DNA of 64,000 bases, taken from Nostoc sp. DedSLP01 (lineage in GTDB: Bacteria; Cyanobacteriota; Cyanobacteriia; Cyanobacteriales; Nostocaceae). Below are positions 60,725 through 64,000 of this stretch, one piece after another (position 1 is the stretch's first letter; the number at the start of each line of letters is the position of its first letter). The stretch is taken from positions 96,001 to 160,000 of the forward strand of contig JAVRCJ020000014.1 in the NCBI GenBank assembly GCA_034530875.2, read 5' to 3'. Below the pieces are notes generated by a model, which saw nothing but the letters and a program-made list of their open reading frames with translations, did not search any database and was not told the DNA's origin. The position numbers and the translations under genes were made by a program.

Positions 60725-62707
60725 ATGACTTCAGTTTCTATTATTGATAATTCCGCAAATTTTTCTGGTAACAGTCGCTCGTTACTCAAGAAAAGAACGC
60801 TGTTATTTCGTTATTTAGCAGAAATTAATTTAATTTTTGGTATTTGGTATTTGCAATGGCGTATTACTCATTCGATTAATTTTGATGCCCTTTGGCTCTC
60901 TATCCCTTTGTTACTAGCTGAAATTTATAGCTATTTCGGTGGCGTCATGTTTGTAATTGGGTTGTGGCGGCCTTTAGTTAGACAAATTAAATCTCTCAAC
61001 CAGCTAACCCCACCGATACCTAAATCCGACTGGCCAACAGTAGATGTATTTATAACCTGTTATAACGAACCGCCAGAAATAGTAGAAGAAACAGCGAAAG
61101 CTGCTCTAGCAATGGATTATCCACCAACCAAGTTACGCGTTTATGTCTTGGATGATGGTAACTCCGCTGATATGCGAGGGATGACAGAAAGACTGTGCAT
61201 TGAGGATTTGCAGTCACCACAACTACAGCAGGAAGCAGAACGAATTGATGCAGAACGCTCTTATTTGTTCGAGCGTTTAAAACAACTGGAAAATCTCACA
61301 TCTAATACCAAAGCTGCCGAAGAATGGCTGCAAGCATCATCACAAACACAGGTAAAAGATATAAGTAGCCAATTTGTAGAAAGTCTGCGAGAGTTTATTC
61401 TTTGGTTACCTCCACAACACCAAAGTATAAAGGAACGCCTCACCACCGAACGCAAAGTCTTAGAAGAAGCTATTCGCAAAAAAGAGCTAGAACTAGTTGA
61501 TCTCAGTCGTTTTCGTTACATTGCTCGTCCCAAACCTGCTGGCGTACCGCACCACGCTAAAGCGGGTAATCTCAATTACGCAATATTTTCTGGAGAAACT
61601 TCCGGACAGTTTATTCTCACTCTAGATGCTGACCATATTCCCAAACCACAATTTATTCAGCGAGTTCTGCCTTATTTCTATACCTATAATATTTTCACGG
61701 GTAAATACGACCAAAATCAAATTGCTTTTGTGCAGACACCCCAAGATTTTTACAACATTCCAGCAGGCGATCCTTTTGGACATCGAGCGAATTTATTTTA
61801 TGGGCCGCTGCAACAAGGCAAAGATGGCATGAATGCCGCTTTTTATACAGGTACAAATGCACTTTTAAGGCGAGAAGCACTTATTAGTGTTGGGCTGCAA
61901 TATTTTGCTGATGAATTTGCCAAAGATGAAAAACGTTTAAATGAATTTCAATTAATTGGCGGTGTATCCAGCAACAGCATTACAGAAGATATGAATACAG
62001 CAATGCGTCTGCATGGTGCTGGATGGAAATCTATTTATCACCATGAATTGCTGGCAGAAGGTTTAGCACCAGATGACCTCAGTTCTACTCTTAAACAACG
62101 ACTACGCTGGGCGCAAGGAACAATTCAAGTACTACTGCGAGAAAATCCGTTAACCAAGCCAGGGCTAAGTTTTTGGCAAAGATTGCATTATTTTAAAACG
62201 ATGTATAGCTATTTTTCTGGTTTTGCAACTCTGATTTTTATTTCTTGTCCAATTATCTATTTTTTTACAGAAATTATTCCAGTTAAAACTTCTGGCCCTG
62301 ACTTTGCTTTACACTTTTTCCCAGCTTTTATTATCAACCGCCTGACTTTTCTCGCGGCGACCTGGGGCATTCCTGCTAGAGAACTTTGGCGGTCGGAACA
62401 ATATGCGATCGCTTTATTTCCCTTATTAATCCAAGCAGTATGGAGTGTATTCACCGGACAAAAACTTAATTTCCAAGTCACACCTAAACAGCGGCAATCT
62501 GGTATTTATATCCGGCTAGTCTGGCCGCAAGTTGTTGTTTTTATCTTGACCATTCTAGGAATATTATGGAGCCTTTATCAGTTTGCAATTGGCCGCCTCA
62601 ATTCTCCTGAAGTTCATCTAATGAATAGTGCATGGGCTATTTATAACTTATTACTTTTGTCGGCCATCATTCGTGCATCTGTTTGGCAGCCTCCAAAAGA
62701 GGTATAA
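60725..62707 (+). CDS. Cellulose-synthase-like processive GT2
   Basis: TCYNEP, LDDG, HAKAGNLN, DAD, VQTPQ, TED and QRLRW motifs; N- and C-terminal TMs; no PilZ domain. Confidence 0.9.
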   Translation: MTSVSIIDNSANFSGNSRSLLKKRTLLFRYLAEINLIFGIWYLQWRITHSINFDALWLSIPLLLAEIYSYFGGVMFVIGLWRPLVRQIKSLNQLTPPIPKSDWPTVDVFITCYNEPPEIVEETAKAALAMDYPPTKLRVYVLDDGNSADMRGMTERLCIEDLQSPQLQQEAERIDAERSYLFERLKQLENLTSNTKAAEEWLQASSQTQVKDISSQFVESLREFILWLPPQHQSIKERLTTERKVLEEAIRKKELELVDLSRFRYIARPKPAGVPHHAKAGNLNYAIFSGETSGQFILTLDADHIPKPQFIQRVLPYFYTYNIFTGKYDQNQIAFVQTPQDFYNIPAGDPFGHRANLFYGPLQQGKDGMNAAFYTGTNALLRREALISVGLQYFADEFAKDEKRLNEFQLIGGVSSNSITEDMNTAMRLHGAGWKSIYHHELLAEGLAPDDLSSTLKQRLRWAQGTIQVLLRENPLTKPGLSFWQRLHYFKTMYSYFSGFATLIFISCPIIYFFTEIIPVKTSGPDFALHFFPAFIINRLTFLAATWGIPARELWRSEQYAIALFPLLIQAVWSVFTGQKLNFQVTPKQRQSGIYIRLVWPQVVVFILTILGILWSLYQFAIGRLNSPEVHLMNSAWAIYNLLLLSAIIRASVWQPPKEV

Positions 62708-62788
62708 TACCAATTCAAAATTAAGAAATCTATATTTTACAAGGGTTTCTGGATTTGGATCTGTTTCAAAATTTTAGTGAATTGGTAT
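62707..62788. mobile_element. 82-bp MITE-like element
   Basis: 11-bp inverted ends ATACCAATTCA / TGAATTGGTAT; a related right half at about 54105-54160. Confidence 0.55.
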
Positions 62789-62893
62789 AAGGCGATGAGG
62801 GAGATGGAAAGATAAGGGGACAAGGTGAATAACTTCCCACTCAACACTCCCAATGCCCAAGAAAAAATCATCTAATCCATACAGAAAACAGCC

Positions 62894-63589
62894 ATGAATA
62901 CTCACTTTAGTCAACGAACTGTGTTAACAATTTATGCTCATGCTGATGATGAAGTTTTACCTACTGCTGGTACTCTCAGTCTGATGTCGAAAGCAGGGTG
63001 GAATGTTCGTTGCTTAATTTTGACTGATGGTACTCTTTCTAGTTCGTCTATTAAGGGTACACGTCACCAAGAAGCAGATGCGGCTGGTAAAATTATCGGT
63101 GCAAGTTACGAATTTCAGGCGCTAGAAGAGTGTAATTTTTCAACACAAACAGTGATTAAAGTTACTGAAGAAGCTATTGGGCGTTGGCATCCAGATTTGA
63201 TTATTACTCACGCACCACAACCTGAAAAATATGGACATAGAGACCATGAAGTATGTAGTATTGCAGTTTCTAATGTTGCTATCCGCAAAAATATACCTTT
63301 GTGGTATTCAGCACCGCCTGTTTTTCTGCGTGGTTTTGAACCCAACTTTTTTGTAGATATCACTTCTGTAATTGAGGAAAAAATTGCAGCTATTGGTTGT
63401 TATGAATCAGAAGCAAATAAAACATTTATGCAACTCGATGCTATACTTATCTTATCTCGTTTTTGGGCACGAGAATTAGGTCAAAAAAATGGATATTTTG
63501 AAGCTTTTGAAATTTCTCGTCAATGGGTTGATGCTAGCTTCTTTACTGCAATAGCAAATTCTCATAACAAACTAAATACAAATTATTAA
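62894..63589 (+). CDS. PIG-L/LmbE family N-deacetylase
   Basis: AHADDE, LTDG, R..EA, HRDH and YESE motifs. Confidence 0.88.
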   Translation: MNTHFSQRTVLTIYAHADDEVLPTAGTLSLMSKAGWNVRCLILTDGTLSSSSIKGTRHQEADAAGKIIGASYEFQALEECNFSTQTVIKVTEEAIGRWHPDLIITHAPQPEKYGHRDHEVCSIAVSNVAIRKNIPLWYSAPPVFLRGFEPNFFVDITSVIEEKIAAIGCYESEANKTFMQLDAILILSRFWARELGQKNGYFEAFEISRQWVDASFFTAIANSHNKLNTNY

Positions 63590-63684
63590 AATCAAAAATT
63601 TTTTTCTAACTCTTGCCGTTTACATTAAGGTAATGCCAAAATAATACTATATATTCTTTGAACAAATAGCAGAAGATTAAAACT

Positions 63685-64000
63685 ATGAGCTCGAACGTAA
63701 AAGTATTAGAATTATCTGGAATTTTAGATGGTATTAGAGGTAATGAATTGCGTAGAGAAGTTAGCAGCATTGTAGAAAATGGAGCTAATATTTTATTATT
63801 GGATCTTAAAGAAGTAAAGTTTATTGATAGTTCTGGTTTAGGTGCTTTAGTATCAGCAATGCAAATCGTGCGGAATGCTAATGGTAGACTTTGTGTTTGT
63901 TCTATTAACGATCAAGTCAGAATGTTGTTTGAACTGACTAAAATGGATAGAATTTTTCAAACCTTTGCTGACCAAGATGAATTTAATCGTCAATTACTAA
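63685..64000 (+). CDS. STAS-domain anti-sigma factor antagonist (runs off the window)
   Basis: Manual translation MSSNVKVLELSGILDG...LDLKEVKFIDSSGLGALV...LFELTKMDRIF; not in the ORF track. Confidence 0.9.
   Translation, partial: MSSNVKVLELSGILDGIRGNELRREVSSIVENGANILLLDLKEVKFIDSSGLGALVSAMQIVRNANGRLCVCSINDQVRMLFELTKMDRIFQTFADQDEFNRQLL

Noticed and set aside
1..64000. Very frequent GCGATCGC octamer
   Set aside because: This is the well-known cyanobacterial HIP1 sequence, not a novel repeat

Overview
Chromosomal window from a filamentous, probably heterocystous (Nostocales-type) cyanobacterium. This is judged from the rubA-ycf48-psbEFLJ / psaI / ndhCKJ photosynthesis block, abundant HIP1 octamers (GCGATCGC), heptamer tandem repeats (STRR) and many small dispersed palindromic repeats. 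Housekeeping genes (argG, rpsF, thiE/thiS, ftsH, tmk) are interleaved with accessory modules: a CheR plus triple-receiver hybrid kinase next to a general-stress gene cluster with a shared upstream motif; two tandem Tat-exported PhoX phosphatases, each with its own Pho-box triplet; an AT-rich, translationally coupled two-gene unit encoding a restriction-type PD-(D/E)xK nuclease fused to a ParA ATPase plus a degenerate ParB-like/Rho_N protein (best candidate for an undescribed system); an RHH + 2-TM gene pair; class D and class A-like serine beta-lactamase homologues; an orphan SUKH-like immunity gene; an orphan TpsB; a decayed Phd-RelE toxin-antitoxin locus; and a double-DUF3131 / cellulose-synthase-like GT2 / PIG-L / STAS glycan cluster running off the right end. 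Genes missing from the ORF track (cheR, psaI, psbJ, psbL, psbF, terminal STAS), an S6:S18 leader and several MITEs were read directly from the sequence. No rRNA, tRNA or CRISPR array was recognised. Family assignments come from motif recognition by eye, not database searches.
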